In this document: positions 1 to 11,519 of the stretch, one piece after another | Numbering within the stretch: position 1 is the first letter of the stretch | How the letters are laid out: every line of letters starts with the position of its first letter | Origin: Macrostomum lignano | Taxonomy: Eukaryota | Length of the DNA: 64,000 nt | NCBI GenBank assembly: GCA_002269645.1 | Contig: NIVC01001072.1 | Span: 1-64,000, forward strand | Reading direction: 5' to 3' | Notes under the pieces: model-generated | Databases searched by the model: none | What the model was told of the DNA's origin: nothing | Seen by the model: the letters and a program-made list of their open reading frames with translations, nothing else | Program-made: the position numbers and the translations under genes

Positions 1-90
1 AAACAACATACGTTGCGTTGGAAGAATTGCGTCGAATCGAAGAGGGACTACGTCGAGAAGTGTGACAACTTTGAAGACTCTGATTCACTG
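1..90 (+). mobile_element. C-terminal fragment of a mariner-type transposase, truncated by the window edge
   Basis: Translates RWKNCVESKRDYVEK, matching the mariner C-terminal RWxKCxxxxGDYxEK motif; the element at 23.7-24.8 kb has RWTKCINSGGNYVEK. Confidence 0.5.
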
Positions 91-661
91 TGTTTGCTAG
101 GGCAAAAAGTCTCAGAACTTCGGAACGCCCTCGTGCAAGAACTTGGTTCAATTCGCCACAGAAAATTCTATATGCGGTTGAAAAGTGTTTTACAATAGGA
201 ATAAATACCAAGTAAGTGTCAATATTCAAATTGAGAGTAATCTGTAAACGAGTGTAGAGTAGTACACTGAAAATAAGTTTACAAAAACTGGAGTTGCGCA
301 ATTAGCTAAAAAAAAAGAAGACAATCATTCGATAGCTAGTCAACACTTTTGATGGACCTCATTCAGATGAAAATTAAGTAGTTTTGGCAACAGAGCAGAA
401 TGTGAACAGAATTGAATAAAAAACGAAAAAAAGATTTTAGCAGCGGCTAGAGACATTTCAAAACGAATTTTCATGTTGTGAATAATTTTGTTTTTAAGAA
501 GGGTTTTTCCAAAAAATATCATGTTTAAGTAAAACAGATTAGGTGCTATTATTTTAGGGAGGCAATTTTATTTTATGATTTAATTATTAACATCTATATT
601 TGTCTTCGGTTTCATTCTTCTAATTCCGTTTCAGCATTACTGTCGCTCCGAATCCACTTCA

Positions 662-1447
662 TCACGTCGTTTTGTGCAGATACTTCGTCCAGTGCAAATT
701 CTCCGTTTCGTTGGCAGAAAAGTCTGATCCGTCGAGCGGTAGGCTGGCGTCAAAGTGAGGCAGCAGGACGCACTGCCTCCTTGTCGGATGCCAGTAGAAT
801 CCGACGCAGTCGTTAAAATCGAACTGAAAGCAAGTCAAGGTGCAATCAGCGAGAGTCTTGGCAGCCGGCACCTTGATCCAGCAACCAGGGTCAAGTTGAT
901 GGCGCACGGCGATTTCCACTCGCACGAATTTTCCGCTGTCCAGTTTTGTCGTCAACCGATCGGCCGCAGCACTGTCCGAGTAGCAGTACACAAAGTGGGT
1001 CGCTGAGCATGAATCATCTCTCAGCTGTCCGTTCGTGCTGGAATATGTCGTTACGCAGTCCTGGTTGTAGGCATTATTTGGCTCGTTCGTCTCAAAGTAG
1101 TTTTCGGTTCCCGTCGTTACGTCGCCATCCTTGATCCATATCCAACCAGCTTTGCTCTTGTCTCTCTCATCGAGCGCGTCGACCAATCCGACCCACCACT
1201 GCTCGGGTGGAATGTTGCCGGCTGACTTCATGTCGTCATACACCGTCTTGCTGATCATCTCCTGGCCGTTGGAGTGGCACACTTTAACCGCCTCGCAGAA
1301 AGTCCTTCTGACATTCGGTGTACTTCTTGACGCACCACGGCTTCGAAGTGTGCCAACCTGGGTCATGTCAGGTGGACAAGACGACGCAGTAAGCATCACC
1401 AGCTGAGCAGCCAGCAGAGGAATCGAGAGATAAGCTACAAAGCTCAT
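662..1447 (-). CDS. Secreted C-type lectin with C-terminal PAN/apple-like domain (copy 1, 261 aa, intronless)
   Basis: Signal peptide MSFVAYLSIPLLAAQLVML; CTLD motifs WWVGL, EPNN, QDCV, LRDDSC...YC; C-terminal CTLTC...CVGFYWHPTRRQCVLL resembles PAN/apple. Confidence 0.85.
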   Translation of the reverse strand: MSFVAYLSIPLLAAQLVMLTASSCPPDMTQVGTLRSRGASRSTPNVRRTFCEAVKVCHSNGQEMISKTVYDDMKSAGNIPPEQWWVGLVDALDERDKSKAGWIWIKDGDVTTGTENYFETNEPNNAYNQDCVTTYSSTNGQLRDDSCSATHFVYCYSDSAAADRLTTKLDSGKFVRVEIAVRHQLDPGCWIKVPAAKTLADCTLTCFQFDFNDCVGFYWHPTRRQCVLLPHFDASLPLDGSDFSANETENLHWTKYLHKTT

Positions 1448-2393
1448 GCTATTGGAGAAGTCAGTTTGTCTAAGTTAGAAATTTGCAAGTCTCGCCAGAA
1501 GCTTTCGGTCCACGCTCCCGACTTTATTTGATACAAGCCAAGGGTTTTCTCTCCCTCATCCGCTTTTTCTACTTTACAAAGCTGTTGTGCGTTGCTAGGA
1601 GCAACAATGTCAACTTAACGCAGCAAGTTTTTTTATGATGAAGTTGCGACTTTGTCTTCCGGTTTATCTTACGAGACTTCACCTCCAGTTTACAGGATGC
1701 ATGGTAGGAAACCCGTTGATTTTTTATTTAGCCTCACCTGTACGCATGTTTTGTTGTTGAGTGGTCCAAGCTTCGTTTAGGAAGAGCGACAGAACAATTT
1801 TCTATGAGAAGAATAGCAAACATTAAAGATATTTTTACAGATGTCGTTTTTATTGACGCATAATTTTAATGGATTTTCAGTTTTGTTGCATTTTTTCTGA
1901 TATCCAGATGACATGACATATGAATTATAGACATGGTAGACATGCCTCTTGGCCAGTGAGATCTCTCTCCAGATTCTAAATGCATTAGTACTCCTTGGAC
2001 ATGCGGGGAGTAGCTTGCGAAAGGAACTAAGCTGATTTCTCTGCCTACCTTGACGGATCATGCCCGCCCCTAATCCGCGCACACAAAGCCAGAGAAAAAG
2101 CATCCGTGAAGCAGTGGCAATAAAACCCAGTATTTCCTTTCCATTGTTTCAGCAGCTGCTATTGTTGCCTTCACAACTGCGACACAGAGGCCGCGAAAAA
2201 CAATGCAATTTTAGCAAAGTTTTCGGAAACTATAGAAGATTTTTTTAAATGCAAAAACTAGCTCTTGCAATTTTAAAGCAGGGGTGCGAAAACCAGTGGC
2301 TAGAAGCCTACAAAACTAATTAGAATGAGTCCTGTGGATCGGTCTATGCGGTTGCTGCCCGATGACTAAGCTCTTTGGCCACATACGATTATA

Positions 2394-3024
2394 CAAAGGG
2401 TGCTAGCTGGATAGTGATCGTTTGGGCACTACTTTCTACAACAGCATCTAAATTGCCTAAAGGAGCAGGTAGTTTAAAGAAAAACTATCAATGGTCTAGT
2501 TGAGTGTTGATTTTTTTCTCTAGCACTTTTATTAGCTGAGTTATGGCCCATCACGTGGTGATATCTATGGCCATAAATTGCGATTTCACTAGCTGCGGGT
2601 GACAGATCGCCAGACATGTCACCCTGCGACTACAGAGTATTTGGCGCATTCAAGCAGCTCATACGGGGTCGAGTGCGAGTACATTGAGGGAATGAAGGAG
2701 GTGGATTGCGATTATTGTGATGACATTTGATTATATTGCTTGAGATGTTTCAAGAACGGTTGTGTCCCCGTTTGACCCCTGACCCTCCAATCCTAGCGGC
2801 TTTAAACTTTTATCTTTCAGCAGCTGGTGAAAATCGCAATTTATTTCCGTGGATATCACCACGTGATGGGCCATAACTCAGCTAATAAAAGTGCTAGAGA
2901 AAAAAATTAACACTCATCTAGACCATTGATAGTTTTTCTTTAAACTACCTGCTCCTTTAGGCAATTTAGATGCTGTTGTAGAAAGTAGTGCCCAAACGAT
3001 CACTATCCCAGCTAGCACCCTTTG
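2394..3024. mobile_element. Tc1/mariner-type MITE with ~220-bp TIRs and TA target duplication
   Basis: 2394-2615 is the reverse complement of ~2820-3024; ends read TA|CAAAGGGTGCTAGC...GCTAGCACCCTTTG|TA; no coding capacity. Confidence 0.85.
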
Positions 3025-4631
3025 TATTATAAAGTAGCATGTCCATGAAAGTCACCACATAAGCGTCTACTGCATTATCATCTCCTTAGTGTTTTCCTAA
3101 CTGGTATTTGTTGCCTCTTTCAAGCGCAAAATGTTGCTTGAGTGGATGAACGGTTTAGCAAACTATATGTATGTTTAAAAAGCCTTCATGAAAAGACCCT
3201 ACTAAAACTGTTTAGCTAGTCTTTTAGGAATGTAATTTTTCCTCTTTGAAAAATTCTGCCAAATTTTACGAACTAGAGAAAGGAATCATTTCAGCCTTTG
3301 CTGAAATGCTTTGCTTTGCGTTCGCTCCCCGGAAATTGATAGCTAGAAGTGATGCTTTGTTTAATTTTTTGTCTTACTTTTGTCTTCGGAGAAATTCCTC
3401 TATCGATTTTTCCGAGAAACCTATGCGCTTCTATAAGCAAGGCAAGCTAGATAGCCCTGCTATAGCAGGAAATACTGATGATGACAATGGGCTGGGTTTT
3501 CTTGCGCAAAGTTTGAAAATCTTCAAAACAAAAGAGAAGCGAGGAAGTTCCACAAACTTGGTAGAGGTTGGAAAACATAAAAAGCAAAAATATCAGCTGA
3601 CTCTTTTGTTAAAAACATCGAACTCAAATTTTGGGAGTCTTGAGACTGGCTCTAAACCATGCAGGGACCATTAGAAAACTGTAGCTACCTGGACTAGAAA
3701 CAACCTCCACGAATACACGCGTTACTAACAGAGACTTTTCGAAACTCAAGATTTTAATTCATTCCCGCCTTAGCATCTTTTTTAGTGTCCAATGAAAACA
3801 GGGCAAAGAAGTTGAATTTTTTTTAGTTTTAAAATACGAGTAGCCATGGGAGCGTAAAATATGATTACCAAGGTAAAAACTGGATAAGATTTTGCGAAAG
3901 TCTTATTAAGAATCTCATTTTTATCTTTTTTCGTAACCAGGGACTGTCCTAAAAAGCAGCCAAATTTTGTGCAATAAACATTTTCACTTGATTTGTATTC
4001 AAAATACTGGTAAGTATGGGACTACGTGGACTTGATAATATTGCTCACAGAGCTGTTACATACAGACTCAGCTTGTTTCCAACTCACTAAAGAAGAGCAA
4101 AGTTCTTAGTGCTCACACCTGCACTACGTGTTTGTACAAGCACAAACAGCGCTGACTGGTACTTGGAAATTTATATCAATGCAAGAGCTTTGGACGCCTG
4201 ATTATTTTTATCTCGTGTGCAGCGCTAATTCGGTTGCATAGGCAAGGCAAAATTAGCTCGTAGACAAGTCACATTGATTGCTTTTTTGAGATGCTGGGAA
4301 CAGAAAGTTTTGTTAATCTGGGTAGCGGAAATCTTTCCATATATTTTGTCGAGTTGATTCGAGTATTATTAGTTTTTAGAAAGGATAAAGCGGATATAAT
4401 AAATATAAGCACTACAAATACGGAATAAATTTAGATTTAAAATAAGGTATAAGCTGCTGGGTTGATATTGATAGAGAGCTTAACTGTAAGATAATAACAT
4501 TTTTTTACTAAAAAGGGCTTTAACAGAAGTTCGTAAAAATGGTGAAGCTTATATTGATACTTTAGAAACTCTAAAAGTGAGTTAAGTGTTTGTTATTAAT
4601 TTTAAGTTTTCATATCCTCTTCTCTGTCGGT

Positions 4632-5408
4632 TCAAAACTCTGTGCGACGGTACTTCGTCCACTGCATCTGCTCCGTTTCGTTGGCAGAAAAGTCGGAGAT
4701 GTCAAGCGGCAGGCTGGCGTCAAAGTACGGCAGCAGGACGCACTGCCTCCTTGTCGGGTGCCAGTAGAAGCCGACGCAGTCACCGAACTCGAACTCAAGA
4801 CAAGCCATGGTGCACTCGAGGCGGCTCATACTGATCGACTGGTTCTTCCAACAGCCCGGGTCGGGTTGCTTGCGTTCCTTAATCTCCACGAGATGGAATT
4901 CTCCGTTGTCCGGCCTTTTAGCTGCTCGGTTTGCCGCAGTGGCGTCCTGGTAGCAGTAGAATGGATAAACATCAGTGCATGTCTCGTCTCTCAGCATTTT
5001 GTTCGATCCGGTAGTTGTTGTGCAGTCTTGCTGGTAATGATCATTCGGTTCTGAACTTTTAAAGTAGTCATCGGTGCCATCCGTAACTTGGCCATCCTTA
5101 ATCCACACCCAGCGGTCTTTGTGCCCTATACCTCTCTCGTTAAGCGCATCGACCAATCCAACCCACCATCTATCATCAGGAATGCTGTTGCTGATCTTCA
5201 TAGCGTCGAACACGGGCTTGCTGACCATCTCCTGACCGTTTACGTGGCAGGTTTTTACCGCGTCGCAGAATGACTTTTGTAGAGTGTACTTTTTAACGCA
5301 CCAGGGCTGCTCAGGGGTTCCAACCTCAGTCATGTCGGAGGGGCAAGCCGACTCAGTGACATGAGCGGCCAGCAGTGGCAACAGAAGCAAAGCTATGGGA
5401 CTAAACAT
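4632..5408 (-). CDS. Secreted C-type lectin with C-terminal PAN/apple-like domain (copy 2, intronless)
   Basis: Paralog of 662-1447 (shared CVGFYWHPTRRQCVLLP.FDASLPLD). Likely start is ATG 5408 (MFSPIALLLLPLLAAHVTES signal peptide) rather than the ORF-track start at 5435. EPND motif. Confidence 0.85.
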   Translation of the reverse strand: MFSPIALLLLPLLAAHVTESACPSDMTEVGTPEQPWCVKKYTLQKSFCDAVKTCHVNGQEMVSKPVFDAMKISNSIPDDRWWVGLVDALNERGIGHKDRWVWIKDGQVTDGTDDYFKSSEPNDHYQQDCTTTTGSNKMLRDETCTDVYPFYCYQDATAANRAAKRPDNGEFHLVEIKERKQPDPGCWKNQSISMSRLECTMACLEFEFGDCVGFYWHPTRRQCVLLPYFDASLPLDISDFSANETEQMQWTKYRRTEF

Positions 5409-6514
5409 GTCCTGTTTGATGGCTTTAATCCACATGAAAAGAAAAGTTTACCGAAGCATAAAACTTCTTTCAAAATCAGCTTTTAAGGCTCCGCTGTGGC
5501 CCGTTGTTTTTTAACTTTCATCCCCAATCCCGATACTCCTTTCTCACGGCCAAACAGCAGAGTTTGAGCTTGGTTGCCATGCCACGAATTTCCGTAAGCA
5601 AAAAACTGTAATGCAGCTACGGAAGGTTCCTGACTCTCTGACTTCCCTTCAGTTATTGATCCGAGAGCCAATGACTCCATGCTTCGGTAGACAATCAGAC
5701 TATTCATTGCTTTGTAGAAAGGATGAGCGAAAATGATTAGGAGGCAAGCATTTAGAAAGCAACACTGCACAGAGCATTTGTAGTTGATAGGACCTGTGCG
5801 AACCAGTTACATGTAATTCTAATACGTGGAATTGTGAGCATACATGCAATTTAGCTACTTACATAAATGTTTTTAAACCCTGATTTATTTGGCTTATCTT
5901 CAAGGCCTGTCAAAAGATACGCTTTTTGTACTTTTATGCTGGTAGCGACAGGCAGATAACGTAACTGATTTTACCGTTTTCTTACACTCGGGTCTTGGCA
6001 GTTTTCTAAAAATAATTAACACGTGAAAGGTTCAGATAAAGTCAGTGTTTCTGCTTTTGGCTATTTTGTTATGGAGACATGGCGATGGTACATTTAATCA
6101 GATGATTGTACGCTCAACCGATGCGATGGTGCATCATTTTTTATCCACCACAGAATGCCAAGAGATTCGCATCCTTGATTTCTCACGCAGATTTCTGAAG
6201 ACGGAGTCAATTAAAAACTTCATTTCAACACAATAAAAAAGCGAAGCATGGGCTAATAAAAACATTCGAAGCAAGCAAGTACAAATGAAAAACTGCATCA
6301 AATATTGAAAGAAAGCGAGAAGTGCATAATTTCAGAAAAAAATATCCGTCTAAGTATTCTCAAATAAAGGATTCAAGCCAAGATTGTGGCATTGAAACTT
6401 GGCTGCATCGACGAGGCGTCGATGACAATCGCAGACGCGTTCCATGGTGACCGCTTTCGTCAGGCACCTGCGGGGGAACCAGCAGGCGTAGCGTCAGGGA
6501 CGCCGCTAACAGAG

Positions 6515-8050
6515 TCACAGGCCGAACAGCACGGGCAGCTTTGAGCGGACCGCGTTGCGCTGCTTTGCGCCATTAGTTGACGCGCTTAGAAGATAAGAGG
6601 ACGCCGCCTTGGCCGTGTTCTCCTGGCTCCCGGTCGGCTCCGATGGCTCGGGCTCCGGCAGGAGAGGTCGCCGCTCGCTAATCAGCTCCATGTCGGTCTC
6701 CATCTCGGCGTTGAAGTGGGCGGTCGTGGCTCGACCTCGCCAGTCGAGGCGTAGCGCGCAGATGGCCAGCAGGATGAAGAATGAGACAGATGAAGTGGCG
6801 AAGCCGACCCAGAGACCGTTGAGTTCCCAGCCAGCGGCGAAGGCGAGAGAAATTCCTAATGGAGCGCCGATCACATAGTAGCCGATGAGGTTCATGAGCA
6901 TCGTGTGCAGATGGCAGTTGCACGCTCTCAGGGCGGCTATGCTGGGATAGGCAGCTAGTTGAAAGGCCGTATAGATTGACAGGTATGGCGACATTGCCAC
7001 ATACAGCTCTGAGGCTTCGGGTTCCATAGAGAAGATCCGAGGCACCTCGTAGCGCAGTAGGAAGAAGATTATTCCAATCACGGCGCCTACGGCGCTCATG
7101 AAAGCGAGGCTAGTAAGCACTAGCCGGGCCGCTTTTTCGGGCTGCTGGGTGCTCAAGTAGTAGCCGATGCGAGAGATGAGGGCGCTTCCGATGCCTACCG
7201 GGATGAGGAAAGCGATGACGTTGAGCTGAAACAGCACTGACTCGGCCGCGATCTCCGCTTTACCGATTAGTCCGGCCAGGAAGTTGCCGTACTCTGTGCC
7301 AAAGATCCAGAGAGTCTGGGTGAGCAGGCAGGGCATCACAGTGAGCAAAAACTTGCCCCAGTCCATGAAGGCGCGAGTGGACCAGCCCGACCAAGTGTCG
7401 CGGTGGATGTTCAGACCCCAGATAAAGGCGGTCTGCAGTATTGGAAGCAAGCAGAGACTAATTGAGAGGCCGAGAGCCGAGCCTGTAAGTCCCAGACCGG
7501 CTACTGTCACCAGTAAATACTGCAGCAGAGTGTTGACCCCGAGGGAGACGCCCCGAACGACGAATGTAGGCCAGAGGTAGCCGACCGCATCAGTGTAGGC
7601 AACGAGAGCGTCATTCAGGTTCATGGCCAAGCTGCCAGGCATTAAGATGATGAGAAAACGCTCGGCTTTGACTGAAATAACCGGGTCTTGGCCCAACAGG
7701 ATAAGCAGGTTGCCCGCGTTCATGACTAACGTCCAGTTAAAGCAGGTCAGCAGCACGGAGGTCAACAGTCCGCGCTGTACAAAGTTGCCAACACGATGCT
7801 TCTTGCTACCGCCGATGGTCTGCGCTAGAAATGGCATGAGGCCCCAGCGCACCGAGGAAGCGCAATTCTCCACCGTCAGCTGCTGGATGGACAGCGCTAG
7901 GCCGGCCGCGTCCAGATCCTCCGTGCCTAAAACGCCGCAAAAGGCGAGCGTGACTGGCATCATCATAGAGTAGAACAGCTGAGTGGCAGACATCGGCATG
8001 CCGCGCCGCATGATCCAGGCCAACTCGCGGGCGCTCTCGACGACTGTCAT
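6515..8050 (-). CDS. MATE/SLC47-like multidrug and toxin extrusion transporter, copy 1 (C-terminally truncated by a frameshift)
   Basis: 12 hydrophobic segments; motifs LAQTIGG, WSTRAF.DWG.FL, EYGNFLAGLIG, GYYVIGAPLG, GLWVG. Probable start MTVVES (ATG 8050). Stops at LFGL* because of a 1-nt deletion relative to copy 2. Confidence 0.85.
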   Translation of the reverse strand: MTVVESARELAWIMRRGMPMSATQLFYSMMMPVTLAFCGVLGTEDLDAAGLALSIQQLTVENCASSVRWGLMPFLAQTIGGSKKHRVGNFVQRGLLTSVLLTCFNWTLVMNAGNLLILLGQDPVISVKAERFLIILMPGSLAMNLNDALVAYTDAVGYLWPTFVVRGVSLGVNTLLQYLLVTVAGLGLTGSALGLSISLCLLPILQTAFIWGLNIHRDTWSGWSTRAFMDWGKFLLTVMPCLLTQTLWIFGTEYGNFLAGLIGKAEIAAESVLFQLNVIAFLIPVGIGSALISRIGYYLSTQQPEKAARLVLTSLAFMSAVGAVIGIIFFLLRYEVPRIFSMEPEASELYVAMSPYLSIYTAFQLAAYPSIAALRACNCHLHTMLMNLIGYYVIGAPLGISLAFAAGWELNGLWVGFATSSVSFFILLAICALRLDWRGRATTAHFNAEMETDMELISERRPLLPEPEPSEPTGSQENTAKAASSYLLSASTNGAKQRNAVRSKLPVLFGL

Positions 8051-8670
8051 GTCTGCAGCTGAAGCTGATTGCTGGTTGCTGATTTTACGCCCGATACGCA
8101 AACTAAGCGAATGAATATTGTTACTTTCACTTGCCTAATGCAATTGGCCTATTTATAAACTAGTTTTTCCAGACCAGTTTCGCTAAACTGCCTTGTATCC
8201 CATGGAAACGAGTTTGATCTCACTTTATCACAACTGCTTTTCTGGTAGCTACAATTAGATAACGTAACTGATTTTACCGTTTTCCAACCCCTAAGGTGCT
8301 GGCACTTTTCTGAAAATAAATAACACGTGAAAATATCAAATAAACGTCTGGATTTCTGCTTTTGGCTATTTTGTTATGGAGACATGGCGATGGTACATTT
8401 AATCAGATGATTGTACGCTCAACCGATGCGATGGTGCATCATATTTATCCACCACAGAATGCCAAGAGATTCGCATCCTTAATTTCTCAGGCAGATTTCT
8501 GAAGACGGAGTCAATTAAAAACTTCATTTTAACGCAATAAAAAAGCGAAGCATGGGCTAATAAAAACATTCGAAGCAAGTACAAAAAAATTGCATCAAAC
8601 ATTGAAAGTAAGCGAGAAGTGCATAATTTCAGAAAAAATATATCCGTCAAAGTATTCTCAAATAAAGGAT

Positions 8671-10350
8671 TCAAGCCAAGACTGTGGTATTGAAACTTGG
8701 CTGCATGGACGAGGCGTCGATGACAATCGCAGACGCGTTCCCATGGTGACCGCTTTCGCCAGGCACCCGCGGCGGCACAAGCAGGCGTAGCGTCAGGGAC
8801 GCCGCTAGCACAGTCACAAGGCCGAACAGCACGGGCAGCTTGGAGCGGACCGCGTTGCGCTGCTTTGCGCCATTAGTTGACGCGCTCAGAAGATAAGAGG
8901 ACGCCACCTTGGCCGTGTTCTCCTGGCTCCCGGTCGGCTCCGATGGCTCGGGCTCCGGTAGAAGAGGTCGCCGCTCGCTAATCAGCTCCATGTCGGTCTC
9001 CATCTCGGCGTTGAAGTGGGCGGCAGTGGCTCGACCTCGCCAGTCGAGGCGTAGCGCGCAGATGGCCAGCAGGATGAAGAATGAGACAGATGAAGTGGCG
9101 AAGCCGACCCAGAGGCCGTTGAGTCCCCAGCCGGCGGCGAAGGCGAGAGAAATTCCCAATGGAGCGCCGATAACATAGTAGCCGATGACGTTCATGAGCA
9201 ACGTGTGCAGATGGCTGTTGCACGCTCTTAATGCGGCTATGCTGGGATAGGCAGCTAGTTGAAAGGCCGTATAGATTGACAGGTATGGAGACATTGCCAC
9301 ATACAGCTCTGTGGCTTCGGGTTCCAGAGAGAAGATCCGAGGCACCTCATAGCGCAGTAGGAAGAAGATTATTCCAATCACGGCGCCCATAGTGCCCATA
9401 AAGGCCAGGCTAGTAAGCACTAGCCGGACCAATTTTTCGGGCTGCTGGGTGCTCAAATAGTAGCCGATGCGAGAGATGAGGGCGCTTCCGATGCCTACCG
9501 GGATGAGGAAAGCGATGACGTTGAGCTGGAACAGCACTGACTCGGCCGCGATCTCCGCTTTGCCTATCAGTCCGGCCAGAAAGTTGCCGTACTCTGTGCC
9601 TAAGTACCACAGAGACTGGGTGAGCAGGCAGGGCATCACGGTGTACAAAAACTTGCCCCAGTCCATGAAGGCGCGAGTGGACCAGCCCGACCAAGTGTCG
9701 CGGTGGATGTTCAGACCCCAGATAAAGGCGGTCTGGAGTATTGGAAGCAAGCAGAGACTAATTGAGAGGCCAAGAGCCGAGCCTGTAAGTCCCAAACCGG
9801 CTACTGTCACCAGTAAATACTGCAGCAGAGTGTTGGCGCCGAGGGAGACGCACCGAACGACAAATGTAGGCCAGAGGTAGCCGACCGCATCAGTGTAGGC
9901 GTTGAGAGCGTCGTACAGGTTCATGGACAAGCTGCCGGGCATTAGGATTATGAGAAAACGCTCGGCTTTGACTGAAATAACCGGGTCTTGGCCCAACAGG
10001 ATAAGCAGGTTACCCGCGTTCATGACTAACGTCCAGTTAAAGCAGGTCAGCAGCACAGAGGTCAACAGTCCGCGCTGTACAAAGTTGCCAACACGATGCT
10101 TCTTGCTACCGCCGATGGTCTGCGCTAGAAATGGCATGAGGCCCCAGCGCACCGAGGAAGCGCAATTCTCCACCGTCAGCTGAAAGATGGACAGCGATAG
10201 TCCGGCCGCGTCTAGATCCTCCGTGCCTAACGCACCGCAAAAGGCGAGCGTGACTGGCATCATCATGCAGTAGAACAGCTGAGTGGCAGACATCGGCATG
10301 CCGCGCCGCATGATCCAGGCCAACTCGCGGGCGCTCTCGACGACTGTCAT
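8671..10350 (-). CDS. MATE/SLC47-like transporter, copy 2 (full length, with extra C-terminal TM helix)
   Basis: Same motifs as copy 1. After a hydrophilic loop there is a 13th hydrophobic segment (LPVLFGLVTVLAASLTLRLLV), as in animal SLC47. Probable start ATG 10350; intronless. Confidence 0.9.
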   Translation of the reverse strand: MTVVESARELAWIMRRGMPMSATQLFYCMMMPVTLAFCGALGTEDLDAAGLSLSIFQLTVENCASSVRWGLMPFLAQTIGGSKKHRVGNFVQRGLLTSVLLTCFNWTLVMNAGNLLILLGQDPVISVKAERFLIILMPGSLSMNLYDALNAYTDAVGYLWPTFVVRCVSLGANTLLQYLLVTVAGLGLTGSALGLSISLCLLPILQTAFIWGLNIHRDTWSGWSTRAFMDWGKFLYTVMPCLLTQSLWYLGTEYGNFLAGLIGKAEIAAESVLFQLNVIAFLIPVGIGSALISRIGYYLSTQQPEKLVRLVLTSLAFMGTMGAVIGIIFFLLRYEVPRIFSLEPEATELYVAMSPYLSIYTAFQLAAYPSIAALRACNSHLHTLLMNVIGYYVIGAPLGISLAFAAGWGLNGLWVGFATSSVSFFILLAICALRLDWRGRATAAHFNAEMETDMELISERRPLLPEPEPSEPTGSQENTAKVASSYLLSASTNGAKQRNAVRSKLPVLFGLVTVLAASLTLRLLVPPRVPGESGHHGNASAIVIDASSMQPSFNTTVLA

Positions 10351-11519
10351 GTCTGCAGGCTGAAGCTGATTGCTGATTGCTGATTTTATGCTCGATATAC
10401 GTATTAAACGAATGAATATTGTTGCTTTCACTTGCGCGGTGCAGCTGGCGTATTTATAAACTAGTTTTTCCAGACCAGTTCGCCTAACTGCCTGGTATCC
10501 CGTAGAAACGAGTTTGTTCACGCTTTCTCGCAACTAGTTTTCTAAAATTAGTCCTTTACGACGATAATTTTGGAATTAAAGTTAAACCGGAAATTGGGAG
10601 GGGAGAATGTAGCAGCCAGTTTGAGGCACTCAGGCAGCTTCACTAGTGAGAGTCTCTGCATCGGCAGACGAGAGTAGCCCACACGTTTGCTAGTAGGTCA
10701 AAGGTAGAAAGTTTCACGTGTTTCGTTATCAGTTCATGCAACTGTCGCAACTGCACGCTATGAGGGTGTGGGAACACTGGCGTGAGCAGACAGGCCTGAA
10801 GAGTTTGCATCGAATGCTCGTGCGTCTGGAGTGGATTGCACACCAGTTTTTGCCAGTTTAGAACCAGTTTTCTATCTGATTAGCAAAAAGTTATTTCAAG
10901 TGCAAGCAGGGGTCATATAAAGTGACCTACTATTTTGTCGTAGGTAGTGACAAGAATTTAATGGAGCCACTATCTTATTGACTCGTAATATGCATGTACT
11001 TTCTTTATTTAACAAACGAAGTCAATGTTGACCTTCTCAACAATTCGCATCATCATATAGCCGTTCAGTACCAGGAAGTCTTTTCATTCCAGAGCATTTG
11101 AAAACCGCAGTAACCGCAGGCGAATTCCGCATATGAGGGGTGAACAAAAATTTTCTGGATTTGAACAGATAGTTAATGGGCTACTGACAATCAATGTACA
11201 AGAAGAGTTGGACAACGCTCAGAGAGAGCACTCGCCATTTGTGGTAGGCACTGGTTGGGATACCCCACACCAGTGACTGTGACCTGCTGCACAAGTAACA
11301 ACATGGCTGAATGGCCGGCTTAGTCGCAAAATTGCTTCCATTTGCTCAGCGACACAAAGGTGGGGTGCTTCCTATTGGAATCCCCTAGGGCCGACTGCTA
11401 CGTTGTCTCTAGGTCAAATTTGTAGATCCAGGACTCATCGCCACTGAAGATTTCCCAGAACGAGTGGGAATGACCGAGTATGTTGCGGCACGACGTCACT
11501 AAGGCCTGTTTTTACTCCT

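Larger units (their letters stand above)
5935..10540. repeat. Tandem segmental duplication of a ~2.3-kb unit, each unit carrying one MATE gene
   Basis: ~5935-8225 aligns to ~8240-10540 at an offset of ~2300 nt, including non-coding flanks (e.g. GATAACGTAACTGATTTTACCG at ~5955 and ~8258). Confidence 0.9.

Noticed and set aside
3246-3674. 142-aa ORF between the lectin genes
   Set aside because: Non-ATG start, AT-rich, and no recognisable motif or splice context.
6515-10350. Horizontal transfer of the intronless MATE genes from bacteria
   Set aside because: The loop plus 13th TM tail is an animal SLC47 feature, and lack of introns alone is not evidence. A phylogeny would be needed.
10351-10533. 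61-aa N-terminal extension of MATE copy 2
   Set aside because: Not conserved as an open frame in copy 1; both copies have an acceptor-like CAG 2 nt before MTVVES.
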